A stretch of DNA of 64,000 nucleotides. It comes from Macrostomum lignano. Taxonomy: Eukaryota. How positions within the stretch are numbered: position 1 is the first letter of the stretch; every line of letters begins with the position of its first letter. The position numbers and the translations under genes are program-made. The stretch spans positions 1 through 64,000 of the forward strand of contig NIVC01002721.1 in the NCBI GenBank assembly GCA_002269645.1. The letters run 5' to 3'. The notes below the pieces were generated by a model. That model had not been told where the DNA came from. It made no database searches and saw nothing but the letters and a program-made list of their open reading frames with translations. This document shows, piece after piece, positions 25,801 through 36,469 of this stretch.

Positions 25801-28800
25801 ATTACTAGGGGGCGGATGTCAGCTGATTACTAGGAGGCGGATGTCAGCTGATTACTAGGAGGCGGATGTCAGCTGATTACTAGGGGCGGATGTCAGCTGA
25901 TTACTAGGGAGCGGACGTCAGCTGATTACTAGGGAGCGGACGTAGGCTACTGATTTCTACAGTTTTTAGCATCAGTCTAAAAGCAGAAGTCTCACATAGT
26001 GAAAGTTGATAACATTACTCGGCAGAATCCTACTAATCACTAGGCAAGACCTGTAGCCATTAACAATTTCAGCAAAAGCTCGCATAAACGCCGCCCGGAT
26101 CTGTTTGTCCAGCCAGAAATCGTCACCGCCGCCGCCGTAAGCTGAGACGCAGGAGCGCAGAGTTCCGCCAGTTGGTTTCTTAAACGCCCGATCAGCTGTT
26201 GCTAGGCCGGGATTCAACACGTCGGTGATATCCGCCAGCAGATTCTGCAGCACTTGATCTGACAGAGGCGTCACTATAGAACTCTGGCCGCCGCCGCAGC
26301 CTGACCAGTTTTCGGCTACGCAACCCAGATCGAGGTCGGCCGTGATTAAATCGAACATTGATTCTGTGCAATCTTCGATTTGACGCTTAAATGAACTGTG
26401 CACGCCGTATAGATAGGGCACAGTGGCGCACACGTATTCTAATAGCGGCTTCGGCATTATAGGCACCAGAGTGTACTCGCTGCGTGTTGGGACAGGGTGA
26501 AGAAGAATTCAATCTCGCATTTTTTACTACTGTAAGTAGAAATGCTGAACTATTTTTTGCTAAACACTTCAAGTGCGTTCTACTTCTCCTAAGGACCACT
26601 AACGATAGTTCTGTGACTCAATGACCACTGTAACACCCTAATGACCACTTTAACACCCTAATAACCACTGTAACACCCTAATAACCACTGTAAAACCTCA
26701 ATAACCACTGTAACACCCTAATTGCCATTTTAACACCCTAATGACCACTGTAACACCCCAATGACCATTGTAACACCCCACTGACCCCTGTAACACCCTA
26801 ATGACCATTTTAATACCTTAATGACTACTGTAACACCCTAATGACCATTTTAACGCCCTAATGACTATTGTAACACCCTAATGACCACTGTAAACACTTT
26901 AATGACCAAAATTGACACCCCAATGACCACTGTAAAGCTCCAGTGACTATATAGACAATCTAATAACAAGTTCTATGCACTCTACTTACTACTTAAAGGG
27001 ATACAGTAGCGCTTTCAGCGCCCGACAAGCATCCGTTAGCTGTGTGAAACTAGCCGAGAACAGCACAACTTTACAACCGGTTAACAGGGCAGTGACCAGT
27101 TTCACACTATTGTGAATGCCCAATTGACGAAATAGTCGAACGACAACGCTGCCAGTGGCTGGCACCGAGCAACAGTCGCTAGGCAAAGATTGCAGGATTT
27201 GACAATCGAATCCTGGCAACAGAGAAAAGACTGTGTAACTATTATTGGTTGGCAGGAATACGCTAGACAGAAGGCGAGCAATCATCTCTTCTAAGTGGTC
27301 CCGACGCCCTGCAGCGTGGGCGGCATAGAGTACAACCAAGCAGTCGTGCAGAGTCTCGGGTAGGTCCAGGCGCGACTGTAGTACTAAAGTTTTAGGGGCG
27401 TAGACAGCGACCTGATGCTGCAGCTGCGATTCGCCAGTCTGGGCTGCTGGAGATGGAGCCAGGTGTCAGGTGTGCGAGAGACTTTATTAATCATCGTCTA
27501 AGTTACTTCTTGCGTTGGAAGAATCAGCGAGGAGTTGAAAATCAAGAGAAAAAGGGACAGATATCAAGAAAGAGGAACCATAAATCAAGAGAGGGGAAAC
27601 CAGAAATCAAAAGGAGGGAGCAGAAATCAAGAAAGGGGAAACCAGAAATCAAAAGGAGGGAGCAGAAATCAAAAAAGGGGAAACCAGAAATCAAAAGGAG
27701 GGAGCAGAAATCAAGAAAGGGGAAACCAGAAATCAAAAGGAGGGAGCAGAAATCAAAAAAGGGGAAACCAGAAATCAAAAGGAGGGAGCAGAAATCAAAA
27801 AAGAGGGGCCAGAAATCAAGAGGGACCAGAAATTAAGAGGGACCAGAAATCAAGAGAAACCAGAAATCGAGAGAGACCAGAAATCGAGAGAGACCAGAAA
27901 TAGGAGGGACCAGAAATCAAAGGAAAGAAGGACCAGAAATCAAAAGAGGGGCCAGAAATCAAGAAAGGGTAACCGAAAAAAGAGGCAGGGACCAGATACA
28001 GGGACCAGAAATCGAGAGAGACCAGAAATAAGAGGGACCAGAAATCAAGAGAGACCAGAAATCAAGAGGGACCAGAAATCAAGAGGGACCAGAAATCAAG
28101 AGGGACCAGAAATCAAGAGGGACCAGAAATCAAGAGGGACCAGAAATCAAGAGAGACCAGAAATTAAGAGAGACCAGAAATTAAGAGGGACCAGAAATCA
28201 AGAGGGACCAGAAATCGAGAGGGACCAGAAATCAAGAGGGACCAGAAATCAAGAGAGACCAGAAATTAAGAGAGACCAGAAATCAAGAGGGACCAGAAAT
28301 CAAGAGGGACCAGAAATCAAGAGAGACCAGAAATCAAGAGGGACCAGAAATCAAGAGGAACCAGAAATTAAGAGGGACCAGAAATCAAGAGGGACCAGAA
28401 ATCAAGAGAGACCAGAAATTAAGAGAAACCAGAAATCGAGAGAGACCAGAAATCAAGAGGGACCAGAAATCGAGAGAGACGAGAAATATAGAAGGACCAG
28501 AAATCAAGAGGGACCAGAAATCAAGAAAGGGGTAACCGAAAAAAGAGGCAGGGACCAGATAGAAGGACCAGAAATCAAGAAAGAGGAACCAGAAATCAAG
28601 TGAAACAGACAAGACAAAAGCAAGACAAATGATTACCTCCAGCAGCAGCTAGAGCAGCGGCAACAAAGACTGTCTCGGTGTCAGCATCGCTATCAACCAG
28701 GGACAGGGAGGAGGGCACCGGTTGGATATTGCTAGCACTGACAGCGTCTTCGTCCACCCGCTCCCAGCGCCGCCGCCGGAGCTGATATTGAACAGCTGCC

Positions 28801-31800
28801 TTCTCTGCTGCATGGAAAGCGGCTCGTGTACGCTAAGCATGGCTGAATAGCACTGCTGGCCGCTCTCAGCGGTGAATGTCTGCACAAAATAAGTGGCATG
28901 CTGCGGCAGGCGACTCAAACGCCAACCGCAGGGCTGGCAGAACACTTCTTGATTGGCTACAAACTCTACATCGGCCCGATCCTGCTTAGGAAATCGTTGG
29001 ATGAGTTGACCAGAACAGGCCTGCTCGGCTCGACCTTGCCAGAGGAATGGAGAAGGGTGAAGTAGATAAAGAAAATTTATGCAATATCCAGTCATCCAAA
29101 AAGCATTTCACTTTATATTTTTGAAATTTCAGTAGCTATCTGATAAAAACATTTGTGGTTGTTTTGTTAGACTAATTATTACTTTAAAACAATAATTTTC
29201 TGCTGTGAAAATAAACCCAACAAAATTCAAAATTTATGCTTATTTACTTCATAAACATAAACTTGGCAGTTCAACTCATCCTGCCAATGGGGTTGGGGGT
29301 GTTGCACATCTAGCTGTTAAGGCTGATACGGAGGATTGCTGAGATGTCAAGGCTTATGGGGGGAATTGCTGAGATGTCAAGGCTTATGAGGGGAATTGCT
29401 GAGATTTTAAGGGCCAAGGCTTACGGGGGGATAGCTGAGATGTCAAGGCTTACAGGGGGAATTGCTGAGATGTCAAGGCTTATTTGGGGAATAGCTGAGA
29501 TGTGAAGGCTTACATAGGGAATTGCTGAAATGTCAAGGCTTATAGGGGGAATGGCTGAGATGTCAAGACTTATGGGAGAATTGCTAGGATGTCAAAGCTG
29601 AAGTCAGAAGCTACATGCAGTTTATTCACAAATTTTAATATTCCATTCCTTGTTGGCTCCCCAATGGGGGGTGCTAATTGCTAGTCTATAATGTGAAGAG
29701 GATTTGAAAAGATAATCATTGGGAGTTTTTTTTCCAAAAAATGGTTGATTTCATAGATCTGGCTGAGTGGCCTGTAACTTATTGGCACACTATTACAGAT
29801 GGGAATGACACTATTTTTAGAAAATAATATATAATACTTTCTTGTTCAAACTAATTATTGCTTGTAATAAAGTGCAATAACATTTTGGATCCATTTGAGG
29901 TATAGAGCCCAGCATGACACGAAATAGATTCATAACTTATATATAGTTTAAACAATTTGAAAATTGGGAAAGTATATTTAAGAGCAAATTTGTCATGCTA
30001 GGTTGGAAATTGACCTATACTATTTCAAATTTTTATGTTTTAGCCATTGTTTGACAATTGCATTGGTTAACAAAATGGGATGTCAAAGCTAGTTTTAATA
30101 CTATATTTTATAAACTTAATTTTTATATCTTTACCATTAAAATAAGCTTTAATTATGATATAATGACATAATAAGCTTTGCAATCCCATTGGGAAATAAT
30201 TGTCCTTCAACTGTGTCAAATGGCACATTAAAACAAAAAATGTAAAATAGGCCTCAATTTTACTTTGAAGTTTCTTAGAAAGTTGCATTTCAAAATACTA
30301 CAATGTTGTTATATTATGTGAATATTATGAATATTTCCTACATTTGATATATTTTGTATATTAGGTATATTGCCATTTGTTTAAAAATAAGCAGGAAAAT
30401 TTTCACTATAAAAGGAATCTAGTTGAAGGCCAAGAAAAATAAACCCTCTTTCTTTTGTTCTACTCATTTGTTTGCTTAGCATTGTATCATTTGCTCCAGT
30501 TATTTTATTTGGAGACTAAATCATTCAGGCTCAGAATTTGTTCTTATATTATCTATTTTTGAGATAGCAACTTAAAAACCATCCCAGAATTGGGAGAATT
30601 GACTTTGTTCTTAGAGAACAAGATTTCTAGACTTTAAGTCTGAGAAACCACTTTAGAAGGCAAAATACCTACCAAAGTGTAAGAATATCTAGACCAGGAT
30701 CTGAGAATCTGTCCCAGGGCAATAAACCTACTAGAGTATAAGCTATGACCTTCTGATCCCAGGAGTGCCTAGGACTAAGAGAATAAAACCCTTTAGAGAA
30801 GCAAAATAGGAGTATAAAATAGGGTAGACTGAGCCATAGGACTGCATAGACCAGTAGATAAGTACATATGCTACCACTAGATAACTACTTATGCTACCAC
30901 AAGTACATTTATAAAAGTACAGGCATTATAGGAATTATTATACCAGCTTAGTGACAGTCGTGGAATGGTTCTAAAAGGCAAAAATAAGCTCTAGCATAAC
31001 TTGGTAGCAGCTTTTAGGATATTTATAGAGTAAGAAGAAGCAACTGTACCACAAAAGTTATTAGTTTTTGCTTAGGCTTTTTTCATAGGTAAGTTGCACT
31101 TTTGGTCAAAATATTGGTCAAAAATGTAAATTAGAGAGATTGTATATTTATGGTTATAGTTGTACCAAAATTGTATCATTTGTTATATTTAGTATAGAAA
31201 TATGCTTATTAGCATGATTGTTTCATAACTATGCCAGCTATACCAAAAAGACACTTGAAGATATTCATAAATATGAAGATATTCATAAATATGCCAACTG
31301 ACATAGATTGGCATAGTTGGTACAATCTTAGATTTTGCTTTTGCTAAGACAATTATTTCCTACCCAGATAGATTGTATGCACTAAATTATTGACTAACTA
31401 ATCAGAAACAACTATTATTTACCAGCATAGGCCCCAATGACTTTAATGAAATTATATTCAACCTTACCCAAAGTGCATTTGTATTTTTCTATATTTATCA
31501 CCTTATTGCTAATTGATAAATAGAGTTAATCGAACTTTAAAGTGAGCACTTTTCTCATTCTTATAATTCAATTTTATTGCCTTAGTTAATAAACCTAATC
31601 TAGGTATTTTACCTATAATTCTTATAGGAAACAAACTTTAATATGCTAAATTATGTTTACTACAAAAGATAAAAGGAATTAAATATATTGGTTGTAGGCC
31701 TAACAAAAAAGGCAAAAAATTAGTGTTCCGCCGTAATTATGGCTACAGCTACCTGATAGCAGCGCATGGGCATTTTGGCGGATGGCGTCCGGCGCGGATC

Positions 31801-33668
31801 TAATACGGCGTGGTGCAGCGCGTATGGCGCGCGGCGATTAGTATGGCACTAATTAGATGCTGAGGCATTTAGGCTTGATAAGACAGTCATAGTTACTCCT
31901 GCCGTTTACCCAAAACTGCGTTAATTTTGCTTTAGGGTTTCTTTCACAGGTAAGTCATTTCACAGCGTGGCGCAGGTTGTGTAGGCGTCTGGCGTACTTA
32001 AGCCATGTGCTGCAATAGGGTACAGCTACGGCAAATTATGGCTACGACACTTTTGAAGCCGTATTTTCATTATGGATTACGGTTATGGACATATTTTGAG
32101 CTTACGGTTACGAATTACGGAGATTTTTCTAGACTTGCCGTAATAGGTAGCCATAACAAAAATTATTTATTTTTAACTGTTTAGTGTTATAAAAGAAAAT
32201 TTTTTATATCAACTTCAACCAGTTTTCATTTTGTTTTACTAGTTATTATTATTTTTTACATTTGTTAAGTTTCTAAATATCTACGAAACTTTTTGAAAAT
32301 GAAAAATGAATTTTTTCACGAATTTTCTCATTAGGCATACGGCATAGCATAGCATAGTGATAGCATGATAGCAGCGAGACAGAGAGAGCCAGTCAAAGCC
32401 TACAAGAGACTAAGAATCTGACATTTTTATTTCTTAGCCATATGTAGCATTTAGCTCCTTAGCATAAAAATAGGATATTAGATTTAGATTATGAGGATAA
32501 GGATGAAAGAATATTAATAAGGAAATACTAAATAAATACTAACAGGATATGAATATGAATTATGATTGAAAATTGATTGAAACCAAAGAAGACAATACAA
32601 TAGACAATGCAATAAAATGAAAAAGAAAAATGTAACATGCAATTTCTTAGTCATCGGAAATTTTGAAGCAGTTTTATTTGAACAAATTCATATATTTATT
32701 TAATGATATTAAACATACACATTGACCTTGGCACATCAGTCATAGATTCATATTGTAGCGAAACAAAACAGAATCACGACACAGAAAACTGAAAAAGGCA
32801 CCAAGCACACAATTGCATACAACAATGCTAAAGAATACTTAGATAAAGATATTATATTTACGAAAAAATAAATGAATATTAATGCATGAACAAACAACAA
32901 GTAGGTTTTATTGCTATCATTTTATCCTTTTTGTCTGTCCTTTTCTGTCTGCCCCACTTTTCATGCAAAAATATCAATTTTTGTTATACATTACGGCTAT
33001 GGTTACGGCAAATTACAGTTACGGACTTTTTATAGCCCGTAATGATGGAAAAATTCGGCTATGGAAGTTGCTTCTTTCTTATGGCTACGGTTACGGTTAC
33101 GGAGGTCAAAACTCGCGGCGGCGGAACACTACAAAAAATGTTTTTCTATGGTTTCCCAATGCATTTTGTATCTTAGATTGACTTTTTAGGCATTGCTACA
33201 AAGGTTTTGACCATGTTGGCTATAATAGATTTATTTTTATTAAAAGATAAAGAATTGAAAAAGCTAAAAAAATATTGTGCCTAGTGGGCATAAAAATTAA
33301 TTGATAAAAAAAATATTGTCAAAAATATAAAATGGCCATTACAGTGCCTAATAAGCCCTGAGAAAAATGTATTACAATAATAAAATAAAATTATAGACAA
33401 AAGGTTTCTTTCTACTTAAAGTTAGACAAAAATAGGATTTAGCAAATAAAATATTTCATATTTTCAGTTTTAAAAAATTCCTAGCACTTTGTCTTAGATG
33501 TCCTGTTAGACTTTCTAACATATATGATACATAAGCTTGAATTTATAACAAAATTTTAATAGATTTTTAATTTATTTATTATATAACTTATAAGCATTGC
33601 CCCAACTTACGAGAAGCAGCATCAAAATTGTAGCCATAAATGGCAATGTAGTCCACAAGTCTGGACAT
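6171..33668 (-). CDS. SBF2: SBF2/MTMR13-like protein (uDENN-cDENN-dDENN, SBF2, GRAM, inactive myotubularin, coiled coil, PH). 20 coding exons: 33668-33611, 29034-28637, 27446-26990, 26479-25996, 24880-~24340, 23442-22926, 22362-21887, 21470-20883, 20522-20291, 18725-18460, 17968-17754, 16785-16334, 15211-14674, 13552-13292, 12215-11937, 10669-10539, 9875-9457, 8228-7824, 7490-6395, 6203-6171
   Basis: N-terminus [13 protein letters not shown]; GQLIQRFP..D...FCQP.GW; [12 protein letters not shown]; [19 protein letters not shown]; [13 protein letters not shown]; [13 protein letters not shown]; [20 protein letters not shown]; SYPAVLIVP...RFPVVVW; pseudo-catalytic loop [10 protein letters not shown]; [14 protein letters not shown]; PH domain [15 protein letters not shown]...[12 protein letters not shown]. 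All match SBF1/SBF2 as I recall them. Phases are compatible at all junctions except a frame break in exon 2 and an uncertain donor near 24306-24340. Confidence 0.93.
7525..7790. repeat. 28-bp repeat: constant 20-mer GGCGTGATTCTATTGGCTGT plus a variable 8-mer, in A-B-C higher-order order
   Basis: The 8-mers TAGGAGCT / GCGGTGCT / ACGGG(G/T)GT cycle through about 9 units. Confidence 0.9.
7824..16785 (-). CDS. SBF2: SBF exons encoding the catalytically inactive myotubularin phosphatase domain
   Basis: The motif [10 protein letters not shown] replaces HCSDGWDRT (Cys and Arg lost), as is established for MTMR5/13. Confidence 0.9.
8330..9400. repeat. 21-bp minisatellite (ATTCTAGCAACCGGAAGGGCT), ~50 copies
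   Basis: Tandem copies with GGGCT/GTGCC variants. Explains the spurious ORF 8611-9174. Confidence 0.96.
9960..10450. repeat. Degenerate GATTAGAG/GGGATT repeat with three 68-bp copies
   Basis: CAGATAGATTGGG starts recur at 10191, 10259 and 10327. Confidence 0.85.
10790..11465. repeat. ~23-bp minisatellite (AAATCTCACTGTCAATCTGACCC)
   Basis: Tandem imperfect copies. Confidence 0.9.
12440..13030. repeat. ~40-bp minisatellite (GGCGCCAATATGACTAATCTGGCGCCCTATAGACTATATT)
   Basis: About 12-14 imperfect copies. Confidence 0.9.
13825..14610. repeat. 23-bp minisatellite (GGACCAATTAGAGGACTAATAAA)
   Basis: More than 20 near-perfect copies, degenerating after ~14350. Confidence 0.95.
15235..16300. repeat. 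(TGTC)n microsatellite with TTAGTGACTTAGTG interruptions
   Basis: Fills the SBF intron 16333-15212. Confidence 0.97.
16825..17480. repeat. 22-23-bp minisatellite (GAGGGGAATTCAGAGCGAAATTT)
   Basis: Tandem imperfect copies. Confidence 0.92.
18000..18400. repeat. 49-bp minisatellite (AATTACCGGAAGTGAGGGATTACATGTAGAATCAGCATGAACTATGAAT)
   Basis: About 5 good copies at 18125-18400, plus degenerate CCGGAAGT copies upstream. Confidence 0.88.
18765..20225. repeat. 18/20-bp minisatellite (ACTGACAGCTGACACTAT / ACTGACAGTTCTGACACTAA), ~75 units
   Basis: Tandem copies with multi-unit block duplications. Confidence 0.97.
20590..20680. repeat. ~29-bp repeat (GGGGGAATTGCTGAGATGTCAAGGCTTAC), 3 copies; same family as 29330-29600
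   Basis: Unit sequence is shared with 29330-29600. Confidence 0.8.
21560..21870. repeat. ~36-bp degenerate repeat (GCTTGGCCTGGAGTGTACATTGAGGGGCAGAGAA)
   Basis: About 8 imperfect copies. Confidence 0.85.
22495..22905. repeat. (GACA)n microsatellite with CACTAAG and GGCAGAGA variants
   Basis: Seen directly. Confidence 0.97.
23530..24200. repeat. 15-16-bp minisatellite (TAATCCATGTCGCTC[T]), ~40 units, with ~47-bp higher-order period
   Basis: Seen directly. Confidence 0.95.
24340..29034 (-). CDS. SBF2: SBF exons encoding the tripartite DENN domain
   Basis: uDENN (RFPKQD...FCQPCGW), cDENN ([26 protein letters not shown]...VPYLYGVHS) and dDENN ([15 protein letters not shown]...FMRRL). Confidence 0.9.
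24890..25940. repeat. 25-bp minisatellite (GGGGCGGATGTCAGCTGATTACTAG), ~42 copies
   Basis: Period of 25 confirmed at 24901/24926/24951. Confidence 0.97.
26610..26945. repeat. 20-bp minisatellite (TAATGACCACTGTAACACCC)
   Basis: About 16 imperfect copies. Confidence 0.92.
27540..28610. repeat. 17-bp purine-rich minisatellite (ACCAGAAATCAAGAGGG) with a 42-bp dimeric sub-array
   Basis: Seen directly. The GTAACCGAAAAAAGAGGCAGGGACCAGATA block occurs at both ~27970 and ~28532. Confidence 0.96.
29330..29600. repeat. ~29-30-bp repeat (GGGGGAATTGCTGAGATGTCAAGGCTTA), ~8 copies
   Basis: Seen directly. Confidence 0.9.
31721..33131. mobile_element. Non-autonomous hAT-superfamily DNA transposon (1.4 kb) in SBF intron 1
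   Basis: 13-bp TIRs TAGTGTTCCGCCG...CGGCGGAACACTA; perfect 8-bp TSD CAAAAAAT (31713-31720 and 33132-33139); subterminal TTACGG/CCGTAA/GGCTAC repeat clusters at both ends; no transposase ORF. Confidence 0.92.
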
Positions 33669-34252
33669 GAGATTAACTTTATTCTGAATTACAGAATGTG
33701 TAGCCAGTGTAAGGGCTTATTTTCATTTTTTGGAGAATTGTTGACAATTTAGAATTAAAGTCCTTTTTTAAGTATAAAATTGGACTATTGCTTAATGCTA
33801 GTGATACCTAAATAGTAAGTGTAATTATTTTGTCAGGATAAAAATCGAATCTAAAAACTTAAACTAGTAAAGTACAACCACTTATCAATAATAAGCCTAC
33901 TAGGCCTATTGGGCTATTACTAATGGTGTAGACTGTAGAGTAGACCTAGGTCTAAGAATTTTATCACACAATACGTCTCAAGTAATGACCATTATTATCG
34001 CTGTATCTTTAATTAAAATCAATAGTACATCTTAACCCCGAGTATTTAGCAAACAAGAAGAAATGTAGCGCTAAGTTACCAATACTAGTTGATTACGATA
34101 ACGTACCTAGTTATAAAAATCACGAAACTAAGTTGCAAAATTTAAGTTAGTGCGATTATGGAGTTCGCAGAAAGCTAAACGCTAACACGAGAAATCCGCA
34201 AATATACCATTTAGGACGTGGTTTGATTCTAGCAAATGCATGCCGTCCATAA

Positions 34253-34621
34253 CGAGGGGGCCGTAGCCCAGCGGTCTAGCGCAGGCTCTGGTGTTCCAGC
34301 GACCCAGGCTCGATTCCAAGTGCAGTCACATTAATTTGGGGCTAAATTGGAATCTCGGCTTGGCTCTGCTCATGCAATTAACGGCCTTGAGAGCCAACCC
34401 CCCAAGGCGCAGTGAAGTGTACATGCCTAACGATAATATAAAGTTAGGGCCGCTGCACACTCCTGTGTGAGTGTGTGCCTGCGTACGTATCCGCGCGCTT
34501 GTATGCCTGCTCAGGGCAGTCGGCGGAATGGGCAGTATAATGCCTCTCGCCGGTTGTGTGCCTATGTCGCTTAAAGTGCGCCAGGGTGCACACAACCCCC
34601 CTGCCTCTAATAAAATAAAAA
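34253..34621 (+). mobile_element. Full-length tRNA-derived SINE with A-rich tail and 13-bp TSD
   Basis: A-box TAGCCCAGCGG, B-box-like GGCTCGATTCC, tail AATAAAATAAAAA, TSD ATGCCGTC(C/T)ATAA at 34240-34252 and 34622-34634. Confidence 0.82.
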
Positions 34622-35478
34622 ATGCCGTCTATAATAAACCATACTTCAGTCATAGCTGGATATTTTAATGGGTTATTGTCATTGACACTTGCTTTTGCGT
34701 CAGCTTTTGCCTTTAGGGTTTGTTCACCCTGGCCAGCATTAAATAAATGACCTCGGAATCATTGATATTCAAGTAAAACTGTGTGATCACAGACAATCTG
34801 GTCTCGTTTGATAGCCGTGTGGACAACCCTTTATCTTTAAATATGTTGAAGAAGCTACTAACGAGACTTCTTTTCTATTATTAATAAAAGAACTCATTGC
34901 ATCCGATGAACTGTTTAGATGATTCAGAAGAGTTATTGCAGGAGTAGCTAATTGTTGAAAAATTTATGGCTTGTTTTATTAGTTAAATGAACATTAATTA
35001 TCTCGTGCTAATCGGGAGAATCGGAGTTTAGAAAACGTATGAAAGCAGTCCTGTAGCCTAGATGTATGAATTTTTTTGATTTGTTGATGATTTGGACATG
35101 CATTGGCGTATCCTAGCTATATAGTATAGTGATCGATTTATTTCTTCATGAGGGTGTACAAAGTACACGTACATATAAGCTTGCTTAAATAGCAAAGTGT
35201 ATGTACACATGTTGCAATCGTAACTATAAGCTATAGGAACCGCCGGCTCAAGTAGTGTGCAGTGTACATGTAAAATTCATGAATATGAAAAATGATTCTA
35301 TAGTGATGAGAAACAAAAGCTCATACATGTACATGAGATACAATTACACATACAATCTTACATACATTTAATGTACATCGAATATGTAACATCAGCAGCA
35401 GCGTGCGGTTCTAGCCAAAGCTGAAACAACATCGATCTGCGATGATCTTTGCTCCCGCGATGCAAGATACTCGCGTAT

Positions 35479-36174
35479 TTATGGATTATCGTCGTCGGCA
35501 CTCGGACCGCTAACGACATCGCCAATGAAAATGTCGGCCCCAAAGGCTCTAGTGTCTGGCGATATCATGGACGGTCGCTCCTCATCGACAGCTCTTTCAG
35601 ATTTGATATCCAAGCTGCTCATTGTGGATCGACTTGATATTGAGCCGACGTCTGACTGCTCATATTCAGTGTTTTCATCGGCGGTTGCAACGTCGCATTC
35701 TATTACCAATGATTTCTTGAATTCTTGCTGTTTTGTCGGTTTCAAAATCGTTTCGAGCTGTTGAGCAGCTTGCTCTCCTTGCTGAGCTGGCAATTGCTGC
35801 TTCTGCTGAGTCTTGAGTACCTTGATCTCTTCCACGGCTAACTTGATTTTATTGACAACGAATGCTATGTCAGGATAGACATGGTCCTTGCTAGTTTGAC
35901 AGACCGGATTATTTGACGTGCTGATGTACACGTCGAACGAACCGTAAGATCCCATCTCGACTAGCAGATTCTCAAACGGAAACGATTCAATTTTAAATCG
36001 GAGCCGACGATGCAACTCGCGCAGAGCCACCTGGCTCAGGTGATATGTTGAAGTGATGACCCTAACTTCCGGATAAAGTGCTTTAGAATTTTCCTGCTGC
36101 GGTACGATTGTAGTCACGGTTGACGGCTTGAACGACTGGCCTCCTGACTTTGATCTCAGATGCTTTGCTGACAT
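35479..36174 (-). CDS. Intronless 231-aa protein of unknown function; possible Rdx (SelW/MIEN1-like) fold without CxxC, followed by a Q-rich and acidic disordered tail
   Basis: ATG-initiated, non-repetitive ORF with protein-like composition. The segment MGSYGSFDVYI...V...YPDIAFVVNKIKLAV resembles the Rdx pattern G..G.FE+.+.G.LV.S....FP....+..I..A (from memory, not tested). Confidence 0.7.
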   Translation of the reverse strand: MSAKHLRSKSGGQSFKPSTVTTIVPQQENSKALYPEVRVITSTYHLSQVALRELHRRLRFKIESFPFENLLVEMGSYGSFDVYISTSNNPVCQTSKDHVYPDIAFVVNKIKLAVEEIKVLKTQQKQQLPAQQGEQAAQQLETILKPTKQQEFKKSLVIECDVATADENTEYEQSDVGSISSRSTMSSLDIKSERAVDEERPSMISPDTRAFGADIFIGDVVSGPSADDDNP

Positions 36175-36469
36175 TTGAGTTGGATGTAAAAGTACACAAA
36201 TTTTGTGCTTTAATTACAAATTGTTTTCAGAATTGAGATGTTAATTGATTTTATTATACAGCTGAGGCTCAACTGAAACTGCAAGTTGAAGCCATAGACA
36301 AGAAGCTTTGAAAACTTGACCAATGAAATTCAGAGTTAAAACTATAGGGGTGTCAAGGGTCTTCTTATTTTAATGTATGAGGCTTCGAACTAAGCCTAAG
36401 GTTCCGTGTCTGGACTCGACTCTACGCTGCATGGATGGTCAATGGAACCTTTCATTTGCTCTCGCTTGA

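Noticed and set aside
24890-25940. Recursive splice sites in the 25-bp array
   Set aside because: The sense unit has AGT (overlapping), not the AG|GT required.
26610-26945. Interstitial telomeric repeats (CCCTAA within units; also ~17550, ~17670)
   Set aside because: Single hexamers only, with no (TTAGGG)n run.
34253-34330. Functional tRNA genes here and at 56287-56350
   Set aside because: No closable acceptor stem or proper anticodon arm. Both continue into SINE-like bodies, and one has a tail and TSD.
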